Positions 38,434 through 49,905 of a DNA stretch of 64,000 bases are shown here, one piece after another; position 1 is the stretch's first letter, and each line of letters begins with the position of its first letter. The notes beneath the pieces are model-generated. The model saw nothing but the letters and a program-made list of their open reading frames with translations, did no database searches and was not told where the DNA came from. The stretch lies in the NCBI GenBank assembly GCA_963749155.1, contig CAVVLO010000001.1:608001-672000 (forward strand), given 5' to 3'. The translations under genes were made by a program, and so were the position numbers. This stretch comes from an uncultured Armatimonadia bacterium (GTDB lineage: Bacteria > Armatimonadota > Zipacnadia > CAVVLO01).

Positions 38434-39535
38434 TCCGGACCGCCTCGCCCTGGTGCGCAGCGAGATGGCCAAAGCCGGCGTAAAAGGGCTTCTTGTGAGC
38501 GATTGGGCCAGCATCTTCTACCTTTCAGGTTTCGATGGTGATACAGGCTGGTTACTGATTGGGCCGGATTCACAGTTCATACTCTCTGATTCCCGCTTCA
38601 CAGTTCAGGCCAGCGAGCAAGCCGAAGGCTTCGAGTATGTTGACACTACAAGTAAGGTCTGGGATATCCTGGCGATGACTGCCAAGGAATCAGGCTTGCT
38701 CCCGCTTGGGATAGACCCGCGTAAAACTACCCTGGCTGAACAAGGCTGGCTGCGCCACAAGCTGCGGAAGAAGGATCTGAAACCTGCAGAAGGTCTTGCG
38801 GAGCTTGGTCGAGGCATAAAAGATGCCGATGAGCTGGCTCTCATACGCAAAGCTGCAAAACTCGCTGACGAGGCACTATTGAAGATTCTGAAGGCGTCTC
38901 TCGAGGGGCTTACCGAAGCCCAACTCGCCGCCTTATTTGAATATGAGGTACGTATGGCAGGCGCTGACAAGACCGCCTTCCCCTCCATCATCGCAGGGGG
39001 TGCAAACGCCGCCAAACCTCATGCCAATTGCGAAGCCTGCGTGCCGCGGAGAGGAGAGGTATTGCTCTTCGACCTGGGCGCAAGCTTCCATCACTACGCG
39101 AGCGACACCACGCGAACTTATTCAGTAGGCAAGCCCAGGGGCAGGATGATCGATGTATATGCTGCTGTCTGGGAGGCCCAGCGCGCCGCTGTAGAAGCTG
39201 TCGGCCCGGACGTTCCCTGGAAGCAGGTTGACGCGGCAGCTCGTGACATCTTAAGGCGCACTGGCTGGAATGACTATTTCCGCCACGGTATCGGTCACTC
39301 GGTCGGTATAGGTGTGCATGATCCGAGCCCCAGACGGCGAAGTGATGATACAGAGCTCATCCTGGCCCCTGGTATGGTTATGACGGTTGAGCCAGGAGTT
39401 TACCTTGAGGGCGAGGGCGGCGTTCGCATCGAAGACCTGGTGCTTGTAACTGACTCAGGCTGCGAGGTATTGACTGCTGGTCCAAATCCCGAGCGCCTAA
39501 CCTCCATCGAGGAAGTGCTGGCAGGTGCAGACTAA
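38426..39535 (+). CDS. Xaa-Pro aminopeptidase (M24B)
   Basis: DSRF..QA, DLGA....[21 protein letters not shown] and TVEPGVY....GGVRIED. aroQ-pepP synteny. Confidence 0.93.
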   Translation: MNSPDRLALVRSEMAKAGVKGLLVSDWASIFYLSGFDGDTGWLLIGPDSQFILSDSRFTVQASEQAEGFEYVDTTSKVWDILAMTAKESGLLPLGIDPRKTTLAEQGWLRHKLRKKDLKPAEGLAELGRGIKDADELALIRKAAKLADEALLKILKASLEGLTEAQLAALFEYEVRMAGADKTAFPSIIAGGANAAKPHANCEACVPRRGEVLLFDLGASFHHYASDTTRTYSVGKPRGRMIDVYAAVWEAQRAAVEAVGPDVPWKQVDAAARDILRRTGWNDYFRHGIGHSVGIGVHDPSPRRRSDDTELILAPGMVMTVEPGVYLEGEGGVRIEDLVLVTDSGCEVLTAGPNPERLTSIEEVLAGAD

Positions 39536-40655
39536 GACAGAGATCCCAATCACTGAACTTGTGGCAGCGCTTGCTGTCGAGACCAGGGATTTTGACCGAC
39601 GCCGCCAGGCTCAGGCTGCTGTCTGGAAAGGAGAGCAGGTCGAGTATCTCCCTCTGCTTATCGGTGGAGGCGCGGTGCCAGAAGCGGCTGGGGTCCCGCG
39701 ATATAACCTGGAGCAACAGTGGTATTCGCCTGAACTGATGCTGCGCGAAGGCCTTTATGGGATGTTATCGGTTGCGCGCAGTGGTAGCGAAGCCGTGCCT
39801 TCGATACGGCCCAACCTCGGGGTGGGTACCCTTGCCACGGTATTCGGCGTCCATCAATCGGTCTTTCCCGACAAGATGCCCTGGGTAACCCGCCACCTTA
39901 CCTTTGATGAGATCGAAGCTTTTGAACCTGGAGATATCTCTTCTAAGGGGATCCTTCCTCGTGCCCTCGATTATCTGGCCTGGTTCCGCGAGCAACTGGG
40001 CGATGCCGGCAATGTCTATCTTGCTGACACTCAGGCGCCTTTCGATATCGCCCACCTCGTGGCAGGTGACCGGATCTTCACGGATATTTTTGACCAGCCA
40101 GCTCATGTCCACAAGCTGATGCGCGACTGCACTGCTGTATACATCGAAGCCACCAAGCTAATGAAACAGGCGGCAGGTGAGGACGCCACCGCTCATCATC
40201 ACAGCAATACTCTCTATTCACCTGTATGTGGCGCGCGCGCCTGCGAAGATACCAGCCTGCTTCTCTCGCCACCACTCTTCGCCGAGTTCTCTCTGCCTTA
40301 TCTTACCGAGGCTATAGAACCCTTTGGCGCCTGGGTTCACTGGTGTGGAGATGCCAAACACGTTATGCGTGACTGGATAAGTATGGACAAGTCTTTCTGT
40401 ATAAACTTTGGCAACCCTGAAAGTTATGATTGGGCCGAGATTATGCAGTTGTGCCGTCAGGCCAATACTCTGGTCTTTGGTGGCCCCCCTCGGGAGCCAG
40501 GAGAGACCTTGCAGAATTACCACCGGCGGGTGCTTGCATATCTGGCGGGTGAACAACGCCTGTTGCTTTTCTATCCCTGTGGCTGGAGCGCGGGCGAGAG
40601 CTGCACCGAGCAACTGGACTGCTGGCACGCTGCCCAGGACGAAGTCTTCCACTAG
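39525..40655 (+). CDS. Uroporphyrinogen decarboxylase / MtaA-CmuA methyltransferase-like TIM-barrel protein
   Basis: DTQAPFDIA..V.G, P..VH.L, EDTS.LLSP.LF.EFSLPY and VHWCG motifs. Confidence 0.7.
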   Translation: MQTKTEIPITELVAALAVETRDFDRRRQAQAAVWKGEQVEYLPLLIGGGAVPEAAGVPRYNLEQQWYSPELMLREGLYGMLSVARSGSEAVPSIRPNLGVGTLATVFGVHQSVFPDKMPWVTRHLTFDEIEAFEPGDISSKGILPRALDYLAWFREQLGDAGNVYLADTQAPFDIAHLVAGDRIFTDIFDQPAHVHKLMRDCTAVYIEATKLMKQAAGEDATAHHHSNTLYSPVCGARACEDTSLLLSPPLFAEFSLPYLTEAIEPFGAWVHWCGDAKHVMRDWISMDKSFCINFGNPESYDWAEIMQLCRQANTLVFGGPPREPGETLQNYHRRVLAYLAGEQRLLLFYPCGWSAGESCTEQLDCWHAAQDEVFH

Positions 40656-40680
40656 GATCTATTGAAGGAGCCAAGGCCTT

Positions 40681-43600
40681 ATGAAGAGGGGACGCCTTAT
40701 GTACTTGCTAGCAATCATACTGCTGTTGCTGCTTCTGGCTGCTTGTTGTTCGGCAGGCATCCAGACCAGCGGAAATCAGCTCACGATTACTACTGAAGTC
40801 TACGAGGCCCGGTTCATCGGCCCTGCGATCACCTATTTCCGAGATATACGCACTGGCGAGGTGCTGCTGGACGACCCTGAACCGGCCGCACCACTTGTGC
40901 GTTTCATTGCGGGCAACAATCCAGTTACTGTGACTGGCCCCGCCCCTTCCGAATACGCGGTTGTGCAATCCTCTGACACGCAGGTTGTGCTGGAGGCTTC
41001 AGTTGACAACGATGCCTGTCAGGTACAGTTGCGTTTCACCCTTGCAAGCGCTCCCGGATGAGCTTGTTATCCAGGCCACTGCTCACTCAGAGACCGGTTA
41101 TGAAGGTCTTGCGACGGTAAGCGTGCCCGGTGGCAAGCCAGCCGCCCAGACCAGGCTCCTTGTCCCCTTTATGGGGGGCGTCGCTTTTGAAGCCACCAGG
41201 CCGACCACGCAGCTTATTATTGAATGGCCTATCTCCTGGGAAGCCGGGATGATGCAGGTTGATGGTGAGCAAGGTGGACTTCTAATCGCGTGTTATGATG
41301 ATGATTTTTCCAGTTTCAAGAACCTCGAGCTGCGTCCGGGTGACAAGTGCTGGAAGCTCTTCTTCGAGACCGAAAACGCTGCTCCGTTCGAGGGAAAGCG
41401 CGATGTCGCAGGCCTTAAGTGGCATTTCCGCCCCTATCAGGGAGACTGGCGGGTTGGCGCGAGGCATTACCGCGAATGGCTCTGGAGGACCACCAAGCCC
41501 GAAATTGCTGAAGATGCCTCCTGGACCCGGGAGGTCCGCGCCGAGTTCCATACAGGGATGGACCTTGAGACTCTGGACAATCTGATTGCGGCTGGGGTGG
41601 ACCCGGCTCAGACCTTGCTGTATGTCGCTTCCTGGCGTACCAACGGATATGACCGTAATTATCCCGACTACACCCCTGACCCTGCTGCTTGCTCCTTTCG
41701 TTGCGCGCGCTCACGAGCTTGGCTTCAAGGTGATGCTGCACGTCAATTATTTCGGTGTAGATCCCCTGATGCCTGATTACACTGATTTCCAGGCGCAGCA
41801 ATTCCGCCACAAATATAACGGAGAACTCCAATGGTGGCTCTGGGAGCGCGCCGATCCTGTCATCAAGTTTGCCTATATAAATCCAGCAAGTACCAAATGG
41901 CGCGATTTCTTCACCCAGAAGATGACTGATCTTGTCAAGCAGACTGGCGTAGATGCCCTTCACCTCGACCAGACCTTGTGTATTTTCAACGATAAAAATG
42001 GTCTCTATGAAGGCCAGAACAGCGCGCAGGGCAGTCTCCTGCTGCACAAGCAATTGAAAGAAGCAATGCCCGAGGTAGCCATAAGTGGTGAGGGACTTGA
42101 CGAGGTTACCTTCGTGCATGAGGCCTTCGCGCAGCGGCATGTTTATGGGATAGACCACTCCTACGGGCGCTTTGATCCCGAGCAAGTACGCCTGGCTCAT
42201 CCTGTCTGCGCCTTTCTTTTCAACGAGCGCACTCAGCCTTATCAGTACCTGGGCACTACCAATCCAACCAGCGATCAGCTTTATATGGCCTGGCGTGACG
42301 CCTATACCAATTGGGGTGTCATACCTGGCATCTCCTGGCCCTCGAAAACGCAGCTCCTGAGTCCAGTTGGCACTTCTCGGCAGGCAATGGAAGAGGTTTT
42401 GATGTTCCAGCGTAACCGCTTGACCGCTGATATGGATGGCCCCTGGCCTGAGCGAATCCGGTTTCCCTATCGCACTGCTGATGGGGATCGGATGGCTTAC
42501 GTGACCGACCGGGGCTGGACTTTGAACCACCTGAACGGTGACGGAACAATTGGGGAAGAATTGCTTAGAACAATAACTGGACAAAAAACTATTGAGTTAC
42601 CGGGTAGTATCGAAGGCTGGTTTTGCTATGACTCGGCGAGACTTCTGGGATTGCAGCCTGATATCTACTATGTCTATGACAAGAATCCACGCAGCCTAAG
42701 CGTCTTTCATATGGTGCCGCTGGATGAAGACGCCGGGCTTGACGGTTATTCTGACCAGGGCGGTTTGCTTATGGTGCGCAGTCGAGTGAAGCCCGCCTAT
42801 AACCTGATCCAGTTGCTCCCCTCGGCTGAGATGTATATCTACCGGCGCGATGGAACTCGTCAGCCTTTCGACTGGGAATCCGCAGCCAACTCCGGTGCGG
42901 GATTGCAAGGGCAAGGCGTCGAGTTGTTCATCCATCCTCCCTATAAGGAAGCCTGGCCCGATCCGATGCCCACCGGGCAGGCTGGACTGACCTGTTTCTC
43001 GTATGAGCTTGACCTGCCTGCCGATTCGCAGCCCCGGTTTGAGTCCACAGTCCACCTGCGCGGAGGAGCTGAAGAAAAGAGTGATGGTATTCTTTTTACT
43101 GTTACCGCTACCGCAGGAGGCAAGGCTCTTACCAACCAGTTACTGGCTGACAGCGTCGAAGCTCAGCCCTTCAACCTGGACCTGACCGAGTTCGAAGGCC
43201 AGAAGGTCAAGCTGGAGATTACCGCTTCAGCTGGTCCTGCGGGTGATGCGTCCTTCGACTGGGGACTAATGGGCACCCCTCAAGTTATATTCGGAGAAGG
43301 TCCAATCCAGCAGTGGAAGGTGACCTTGCCCGCTAATCTGCGTTATCTGGTAGCGCCTGAATATCGCCAACTGACAGGCTCCGCTAGCGAGGAAGTAATC
43401 GAACTACGCGCAGGCGCAGCTCTTATGGCTACCGAACAACCGCCTCAGCCCCTTTCGGCAAGCGCCAACCTGCTCGAACTAACAGGGATCGATCAACTGC
43501 AAGCCGAAGGCGGGCGTCTTACGACGGGCGATACTCCTGGGCCAGGTATCGAGCTTTGTACCGTCGATGGGGTTAGCAGGCCTGCCTTCTTCGCCCATCC

Positions 43601-43913
43601 ACCCGACAAGGGCTCGCGCCTGAAGCATTTCATACTTGACCTTTCCGCCGCCAGCAGAGCGACTTTGTCAGGCTATGTCGGAATGCGAGATGGCTCCGAA
43701 AAATCAGAAGGGGTCCGCTTCGAGGTGCTGGCCAACGGAAACCGGGTTTGGAGTCAGGCAGTGCGACCTGGTTTTGGATGGGTGCCCTTCGAGGTTGACC
43801 TCACTGATTTTGTTTCTACGCCTGTTGTGCTAACCTTGCTCACGAATAGCGAGGGCAGTTATTACTATGACTGGGCAGCCTGGGGAGAGCCGACACTTAC
43901 GCTCACCCGCTGA
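40681..43913 (+). CDS. Large secreted glycoside hydrolase-like protein (DUF6259-like core, NPCBM-like C-terminal modules), +1 breaks near 41041 and 41683
   Basis: Signal peptide, GDW..GA..YR.W, YDRNYPDY, AHELGFKVMLHVN and GVDALHLDQ. Two HPP...SDG/SEG(V/I).F.V modules. Confidence 0.7.
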
Positions 43914-43921
43914 GAAAACTA

Positions 43922-46279
43922 ATGGATGCGCGCGCGCTCAAAGCGCTTGAATATGACAAGATAAAGAAACTGCTCATCGCCCGGGCTGAGACAAGCCTGG
44001 GCGTTGAAGTGCTGGAGCGGCTGAAGCCTCTGGCCGATCTTGCCCAGGTCTCGAATCGCCTGCGGGAGACCTCCGAAGGGCGCGCTTTTCTGCACGACCG
44101 AGGGAGCCCTCCCTTTGCCGGTGCCGATGATATTGCAGAACCGGTACGGCTGGCAGCACTAGGTGGAGTCCTCGAAACGCTTACACTGCTGCGCATCCGG
44201 CGCTTCACCGAGGCAGCCCGGGCTATCACTCGCTATTTTGCTGAACCTGAACCCGAAGCTCCGCTAGTTCGTGCCATCGCGGCGCGACTTGATCCTCTTG
44301 ATCCTCTGACCCAACGGTTGCGGCGCTGCATCTCCGATGAGGGGGAAGTCCAGGATGATGCCAGTGATGAGCTCCATCGCTTGCGGCGCGCGCTCTCCCG
44401 TGCCCAGCAACATGCCAGGGAACGCGCCCGGTCGCTTGCTACCTCTACCGACAAAGAGGGCTTCCTCCAGGAAGCTGTCGTGGCCTTGCGTAATGAGCGC
44501 TTCTGCCTGCCGGTAAAGGCCGAACACGCAAGCTTTGTGAAAGGCATCGTACACGATCGCTCTGCCAGCGGTGCGACCTTGTTCATCGAGCCAGTAGAGC
44601 TGGTCGAACTGAACAACCGCACGCGCGAGCTGTTCGCCGCCGAACGTGACGAGCTCGAACGTATCTTGCGCGAACTGTCGGGTGAAGTCGGGCAACAGGA
44701 GGAACCGCTTCTCGCCAATCAACAGGCGTTAGGCTTGCTTGATGCAATCTTCGCGCGCGCTCGTCTGGCTGAATCCCAGGACGCCGTGGAGCCAAAAATG
44801 GCCCTTTCAGGCCCTGTGCTGCTTCGTCGCGCCCGGCATCCACTGCTGCCAGCTGATGGGGTCGTGCCTATTGATTTTGAACTCGGTGAGGATTATCAGG
44901 CTCTGCTTGTCACCGGCCCGAATACGGGGGGCAAAACTGTTTCCCTGAAGACCGTCGGCCTTATCCAGCTTATGGCCCAGTCAGGCCTGCACATAACTGC
45001 CGATGCGCCCGCCCAGCTCCGATGCTTCGAAAAAATATTTGCGGATATCGGGGATGAGCAAAGCCTCGAACAGTCGCTCTCCACTTTCTCAGCGCACCTC
45101 AGCTACCAGATTGCTATCTGTAAACAGGCTTCGACCAACTCGCTTGTGCTGCTTGACGAGCTTGGAGCGGGCACTGATCCCTCCGAAGGCGCCTCGCTTG
45201 CGAAGGCCTTGCTCGAGCATCTCCTGGCTGCCGGCGCGCTTATTGTTGCGACCACCCACTATAACGATCTCAAGGTGTTCGCTTTCAATCATCCTCTAAT
45301 TGAGAATGCCTCTGTAGAGTTCAATCCCGAGACTTTGCGCCCAACCTACAAGTTGTTGATGGGGGTTCCAGGCAGCAGTCAGGCCTTCCATATCGCAAGC
45401 CGGCTTGGCTTGCCTGGCGAGATAATCAAAGCGGCCAAGGAGCATCGCGGTCTCGAAGCGACCAATCTCGAAACCGTAATGAAGAAAATGGAAAATGCGC
45501 GCCGGCGGCTGGAGCAAGAGCGCAATCTCGCTATCAGGCTCAGGCGTGACTATGAAAAACAATCCGCCAAGCTGGAAGCGGACCGCGCGCTCTTTGAACG
45601 CGAGCGGAAAGAGGCCGCCTCAAAAGGCTTCACCGAACTCAAGAACCGTCTCGCCAGCATCCGAAACGAAGCCCTTGGCTTACTGAAAGACCTCGCTGAA
45701 ACCTCGGACAAACGTAAAGCTGAGCGCAGCTACAGCGAATTGCGCAGGCTCGAAGGCGATGCTCAGATCCTTGAGAGTGAGCTCCGCACCGAGCTTGCCC
45801 CGGAGCGCCAGCAACCTGCTCCCGAGACCCTCGCGAAAGGCGACCGGGTGCGCCTGGTCGGCCTTGATCTCGAAGGCACCGTCATCGAACCGCCCAACGA
45901 GAAAGACGAAGTGCTGGTCTCGGCAGGCGCGCTCTCAACCTGGGTACGTCGGGCGGACCTGCGTCTTGCCAAAGGAGGAGAGGTGACTGGCCAGCGCCTG
46001 GCCGATGCGATGGCGCGCAAACGGTTCCTCTCCGTGCCGACCGAACTCAACCTGATTGGCAAGCGAGTTGAGGACGCTCTAGTCGAACTTGACAGTTGGC
46101 TTGAAGAAGCCGCCCTCGCCGGTCATCCCGAGGTGCGCGTGGTCCATGGCAAAGGCACTGGCGCGCTTCGGACGGGCGTCCATGAGTACCTGCGCAGGTC
46201 CAGGCTGGTAAGCAGCTTTGATATTGCCCCGCGCGATCAGGGGGGCACGGGCGCCACAGTTATTGTGCTGGCGGATTAA
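43922..46279 (+). CDS. mutS2: Endonuclease MutS2
   Basis: LEYDKI, GIVHDRSASGATLFIEP, TGPNTGGKT, DIGDEQSLEQSLSTFS, LDELGAGTDP, and a C-terminal Smr domain VVHGKGTG. Confidence 0.97.
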   Translation: MDARALKALEYDKIKKLLIARAETSLGVEVLERLKPLADLAQVSNRLRETSEGRAFLHDRGSPPFAGADDIAEPVRLAALGGVLETLTLLRIRRFTEAARAITRYFAEPEPEAPLVRAIAARLDPLDPLTQRLRRCISDEGEVQDDASDELHRLRRALSRAQQHARERARSLATSTDKEGFLQEAVVALRNERFCLPVKAEHASFVKGIVHDRSASGATLFIEPVELVELNNRTRELFAAERDELERILRELSGEVGQQEEPLLANQQALGLLDAIFARARLAESQDAVEPKMALSGPVLLRRARHPLLPADGVVPIDFELGEDYQALLVTGPNTGGKTVSLKTVGLIQLMAQSGLHITADAPAQLRCFEKIFADIGDEQSLEQSLSTFSAHLSYQIAICKQASTNSLVLLDELGAGTDPSEGASLAKALLEHLLAAGALIVATTHYNDLKVFAFNHPLIENASVEFNPETLRPTYKLLMGVPGSSQAFHIASRLGLPGEIIKAAKEHRGLEATNLETVMKKMENARRRLEQERNLAIRLRRDYEKQSAKLEADRALFERERKEAASKGFTELKNRLASIRNEALGLLKDLAETSDKRKAERSYSELRRLEGDAQILESELRTELAPERQQPAPETLAKGDRVRLVGLDLEGTVIEPPNEKDEVLVSAGALSTWVRRADLRLAKGGEVTGQRLADAMARKRFLSVPTELNLIGKRVEDALVELDSWLEEAALAGHPEVRVVHGKGTGALRTGVHEYLRRSRLVSSFDIAPRDQGGTGATVIVLAD

Positions 46280-46288
46280 CCTGGCGCC

Positions 46289-47347
46289 TTAGCGCCATCC
46301 CCCAGCCCCTCGGCGTGGCATCTGCGAGGCCAGCGGCGGTCCGCCATTTCCCCAAAGCAGCCATACCAGGGTAATCGCGACAAGCAGCAAGAAACCCATC
46401 AAGGCAATCTGCTTGTCTATAAGGCTGTCGCGCTCACTTTTCTGGCTTGTCCTGCTGGCTTCTGGTACGGTCTTTGGAGACTCTGGCTGGAGTTGTGCTT
46501 GTTGCTGGCTTTCAGCCGGCAGTAGTTTTGTCTTCTGTTCCGAGACCAGGTCTAGCAGCAGTTCGAGAAACTGCAAGTGATCGACCAGGGCGTTTCTGCT
46601 TTCAAATAGCAGGCTGACTTTGAGGCCTGGAAGCGCCTGGGCAAGGGCCCGGTGAGCTAACACCCATTCCAGTTCGGGCGAAGGTTCTACTGACTTTGTT
46701 GGCATCAGGGGGGCAAGCCTTGTAGCAAGTTCGCGCTGGAACTGGAGTTGCAAAAATCTGGCCGAGTGGCCAGGCAGAAAGCCACCTTCAAGTATTGCCC
46801 GTCCATGCGGCTCATCCAGCCTGAGGTCATGCAAATCTACGAATATCTGCGGTTGGTAATTCGTCCACAGAGTCCTCAGCGCATAAGTCTCTGGCTGCGT
46901 GCATACAAGCCAGTCACGATTTAAATCAATGCCTTTCGAATTCTCTCGCGTCCCGCGTTGCTGCCCGTCCGGATTAGCGGCCGGGACACACAGGAACTCC
47001 AGTTGCTGCACCAGTTCGGTACAGTACACGGTATCTTTCGCCAGCGCCTCGAGCCAGGTCATTGCAGCCAGCGTACATTCCGGCTCGTCCCCGTGCTGCC
47101 CGGCCTGCAGAGCCAGTCGTAGCTTCGGCCCTTGCTCGGTCGGGTCAGTCACGCGGACGAGGTAGAGGGGGGTGCCTGCGGCCGAACGCCCAAATTGCTC
47201 CACCTGGATATAAGGGCTTGTCTGTGCAAGCTCTGTGAGGAACTGCGCATAGCTTGCCGGATCGAACCTTGGCGTCTGCCCATACGCCAGGCCGATAACA
47301 AGCACTACTCCAAGGAAGACCAGTTGGGGCACTCGTCGCATAACCAT
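46289..47347 (-). CDS. M14 zinc carboxypeptidase, exported, with C-terminal TM anchor
   Basis: Signal peptide, QHGDE, NPDG..RGTREN..GIDLNRD, VDLH, LLFES, and a hydrophobic tail IALMGFLLLVAITLVWLLW. Confidence 0.85.
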   Translation of the reverse strand: MVMRRVPQLVFLGVVLVIGLAYGQTPRFDPASYAQFLTELAQTSPYIQVEQFGRSAAGTPLYLVRVTDPTEQGPKLRLALQAGQHGDEPECTLAAMTWLEALAKDTVYCTELVQQLEFLCVPAANPDGQQRGTRENSKGIDLNRDWLVCTQPETYALRTLWTNYQPQIFVDLHDLRLDEPHGRAILEGGFLPGHSARFLQLQFQRELATRLAPLMPTKSVEPSPELEWVLAHRALAQALPGLKVSLLFESRNALVDHLQFLELLLDLVSEQKTKLLPAESQQQAQLQPESPKTVPEASRTSQKSERDSLIDKQIALMGFLLLVAITLVWLLWGNGGPPLASQMPRRGAGGWR

Positions 47348-47378
47348 AAGCTATGCAAGAAACGTGCCAAAGGAGAGA

Positions 47379-48511
47379 TTATTCGCTCTTTATGATACGA
47401 GGCAGTCCAGAATCCAGCAGAGCCCACATTGCTGGCAGCTCAACTTCATCGCCTGCATGCGCCTCTGGCAGCCTGGAAAGGTCTACCAGCAGTTGGTTCA
47501 TCGCTAAGCGCCCAACAACAGGGGCGCCCTGGCCTTGCACTCCCACCCGGAAAGGCATCTCGGTGCGGCGCCTAAGCCGTTTCCACAGCATCCCAAGCCC
47601 GCCTGTGAGCGCGCCAGGCCGTCCAAGTCGTGATATGGGAAGCGTGCCAACTCCCACCGAATACCCGGCGGCACCAGGCCGACTCTCATCGGCCTCGACG
47701 CCCGAAATTCGCCTGCATAACCCAGGCACTCGCCAGGCGCGACTTGCCAGGTATTCACAAGCCGACTCTTCAGGGTGAGGGCTCTCTTCAACTCGAGTTG
47801 CTTGGTGCCCGCCACAGGTTGTTGCCCATAAAGCAAGGTCCCAACGCGCACGGCGTTCAGGCCCGCGTTTCCGTATAACAAACTCCCAGCACTATTACAC
47901 GCGTGAAGCAGCAGACCTGATTCGGCAGTCAGCGAGTTGTCGCTTAAAATAGCTCGGAAATGCTCAAGTTGACGTTCTGTATAGCCACTAGCGCCTTCCA
48001 TCGCGCGTGGCAGATGCGTATAGACTCCTGCAAGTGCAAGTTGAGGCAGGGCCCTCAGCCCTTCTAGCGTGACTGGCAGCTCTTCCTCGCGCAAGCCGCC
48101 ATTACCCATCCCGGTTTCGAGGTAAAGATGGCACTTGAGCTTCTTTGCTGCCCTTCTTGCGCCAAGAGCCAGCCCGTGAAGCTGCTCCAGCCGCGATACC
48201 GTTACCGTAAGCTCGTGAGCGGCTGCAATCTCGGTCTGTTCCTCGAGCAAGGGCAACAGGACAAGTATCGGGGTGTCGATTCCCGCTTCGCGCAGGCCAA
48301 GGCCTTCTTCAAGATTGGTGACGGCAAGCGCTGTCGCTCCGGCCTCTGCAAAAGCCTTTCCTGCGATTTGCAGCCCATGCCCATAACCATCAGCCTTCAC
48401 GACTGCGATGACGCCAGTCTCGCTGCCGACCAGGGAAGTGACTTGCTGGAAGTTATGGCTCAGGGCCGCTGGCTGTATCTCCACCCAACAAGTGGGAGAG
48501 GGAGTGCTCAT
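47379..48511 (-). CDS. alr: Alanine racemase-family PLP enzyme with divergent active site (-1 break near 47668)
   Basis: AVVKADGYGHG, YTH, HACNSAG, VRVGTLLYG and GE.LGY. The C-terminus (GYSVG...VVGRLAMNQLLVD...GDEV) continues in ORF 47379..47729. Confidence 0.85.
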
Positions 48512-49836
48512 TGGCCTGCTGCCTCCGCCTGGGCAGCAGTCAGAAAAGCCACACTGGAGGTTGCGCTTGCCTCGCCGTGCACATTCACGATGGCGATATC
48601 CAGGGTGTGGACGGTTCCTTCGAGTATCGCTGGATCGAGCTTGATGGTATAGCTTGGGCTATTGGTGAACTGCACTCCAGCCCCATCCAGCTTAATCTGC
48701 AGGTATTGCCCCTGCGCAAGTCCTGCCGTCTCGATAAGGACGTCAGTTGGCTGGGTAATCAGAGTGCCAGCTTTTACTCCTAACACTTTGATTTCCGAGG
48801 AAGGGACTGGCAGTGGCTCGGGTGGCCCACCTGGTGTCTCGGTTAAGGAGGGCAGCCCGTGACCTGGCGCCGTGGCCGGAGGCATCCCACCGATTGCCGC
48901 TGCCTGCGCTGGGTCATACTGCCAGCCTGGTTGAGCCAGGGACGAATGCCGATTCAGTACTTCGATTACCAGCGACAGTAAGCCAGTAAGGTGGAATCTG
49001 ACCCGCTCCTGCAAGGTGCCTCGCGAATCTCCCCACTGCTTCGATTCGAACAAGAAAGACCGTATGCCATATTTCAGGCCAAAATGCCGGTGAGACAGCC
49101 CCTCGTCCATCGAATCCGAGGCGGTATAAGCTGCTACCTCAAATCCATTGAGCCGCAGGCAACTGAGTATTGCCGCCTGCTCTGCTCGCACTTCGGACGC
49201 GTAGGCGTAAGTATTGGTGTGATTCTCCCGCAGACATTCGATAAAGGGTTGCGGATATCTGTCTCCTGAAGGCACCTCATGCATATCCACCAGCACATGG
49301 GGCATCCAGGCTCCTACCAGGCGCTCGATAGCTTTCGTTTCCGGTTGGGAGAGGCTATCCCAGTCTCGGTTAAGGTCTACTCCCGCTCCGTTCCCGCGCC
49401 TGCGATTCTCCGCGCCATCCGGATTTGCCATAGGCACGATGATGAAATCCGTCACTTTGAGTATCGCCAGCAACTCCGGATGCTGTGAATAAGCCGCGAA
49501 CTTCATAAACTGAAGCGCTGCTTCGGTGCCTGCGACCTCTGTGCCATGCTGGCGCGCTATCACCAGCACCCGCCAGCTATCTCCAACCCTATAAGGATCC
49601 CGTATTGTTATCGCGGGGATCTGCCTGCCCTGATGGGTCGTCCCGATAGAACCTACACTTATCCGGGGTGAGGCCTGCTGCAGTTGCACGATGAAATTCA
49701 TCATCGTGGTATAAGAGGTAGGCTGGGTGTGCAACCCGGCAATAGCCTCGCCAAGCAACGACTGAGAGTGGGCAAAGCCGCCCCAGACGCAACTTAGTGC
49801 TAATACCAGCCCAATTTGTAGTTTCCGAATACCCAT
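48508..49836 (-). CDS. M14 zinc carboxypeptidase, exported, with Pro-rich linker and Ig-like C-terminal domain
   Basis: Signal peptide from ATG 49836, QHGTE, NPDG...RRGN..GVDLNRDW, VDMHE and FLFESK. ATGA overlap with the alr-like gene. Confidence 0.87.
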   Translation of the reverse strand: MGIRKLQIGLVLALSCVWGGFAHSQSLLGEAIAGLHTQPTSYTTMMNFIVQLQQASPRISVGSIGTTHQGRQIPAITIRDPYRVGDSWRVLVIARQHGTEVAGTEAALQFMKFAAYSQHPELLAILKVTDFIIVPMANPDGAENRRRGNGAGVDLNRDWDSLSQPETKAIERLVGAWMPHVLVDMHEVPSGDRYPQPFIECLRENHTNTYAYASEVRAEQAAILSCLRLNGFEVAAYTASDSMDEGLSHRHFGLKYGIRSFLFESKQWGDSRGTLQERVRFHLTGLLSLVIEVLNRHSSLAQPGWQYDPAQAAAIGGMPPATAPGHGLPSLTETPGGPPEPLPVPSSEIKVLGVKAGTLITQPTDVLIETAGLAQGQYLQIKLDGAGVQFTNSPSYTIKLDPAILEGTVHTLDIAIVNVHGEASATSSVAFLTAAQAEAAGQ

Positions 49837-49905
49837 CACGATGGTTTCTAGTATATCATTTGTCCGCGGTGAGTTCAGCACCTGATAAGGCCGGAGTTAG
49901 CCTTA

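Noticed and set aside
41415..42584. Long antisense ORFs (e.g. 41415..42584, 3153..4151, 5759..6565)
   Set aside because: They lie opposite well-supported genes, show no motifs, and are expected in GC-rich DNA.
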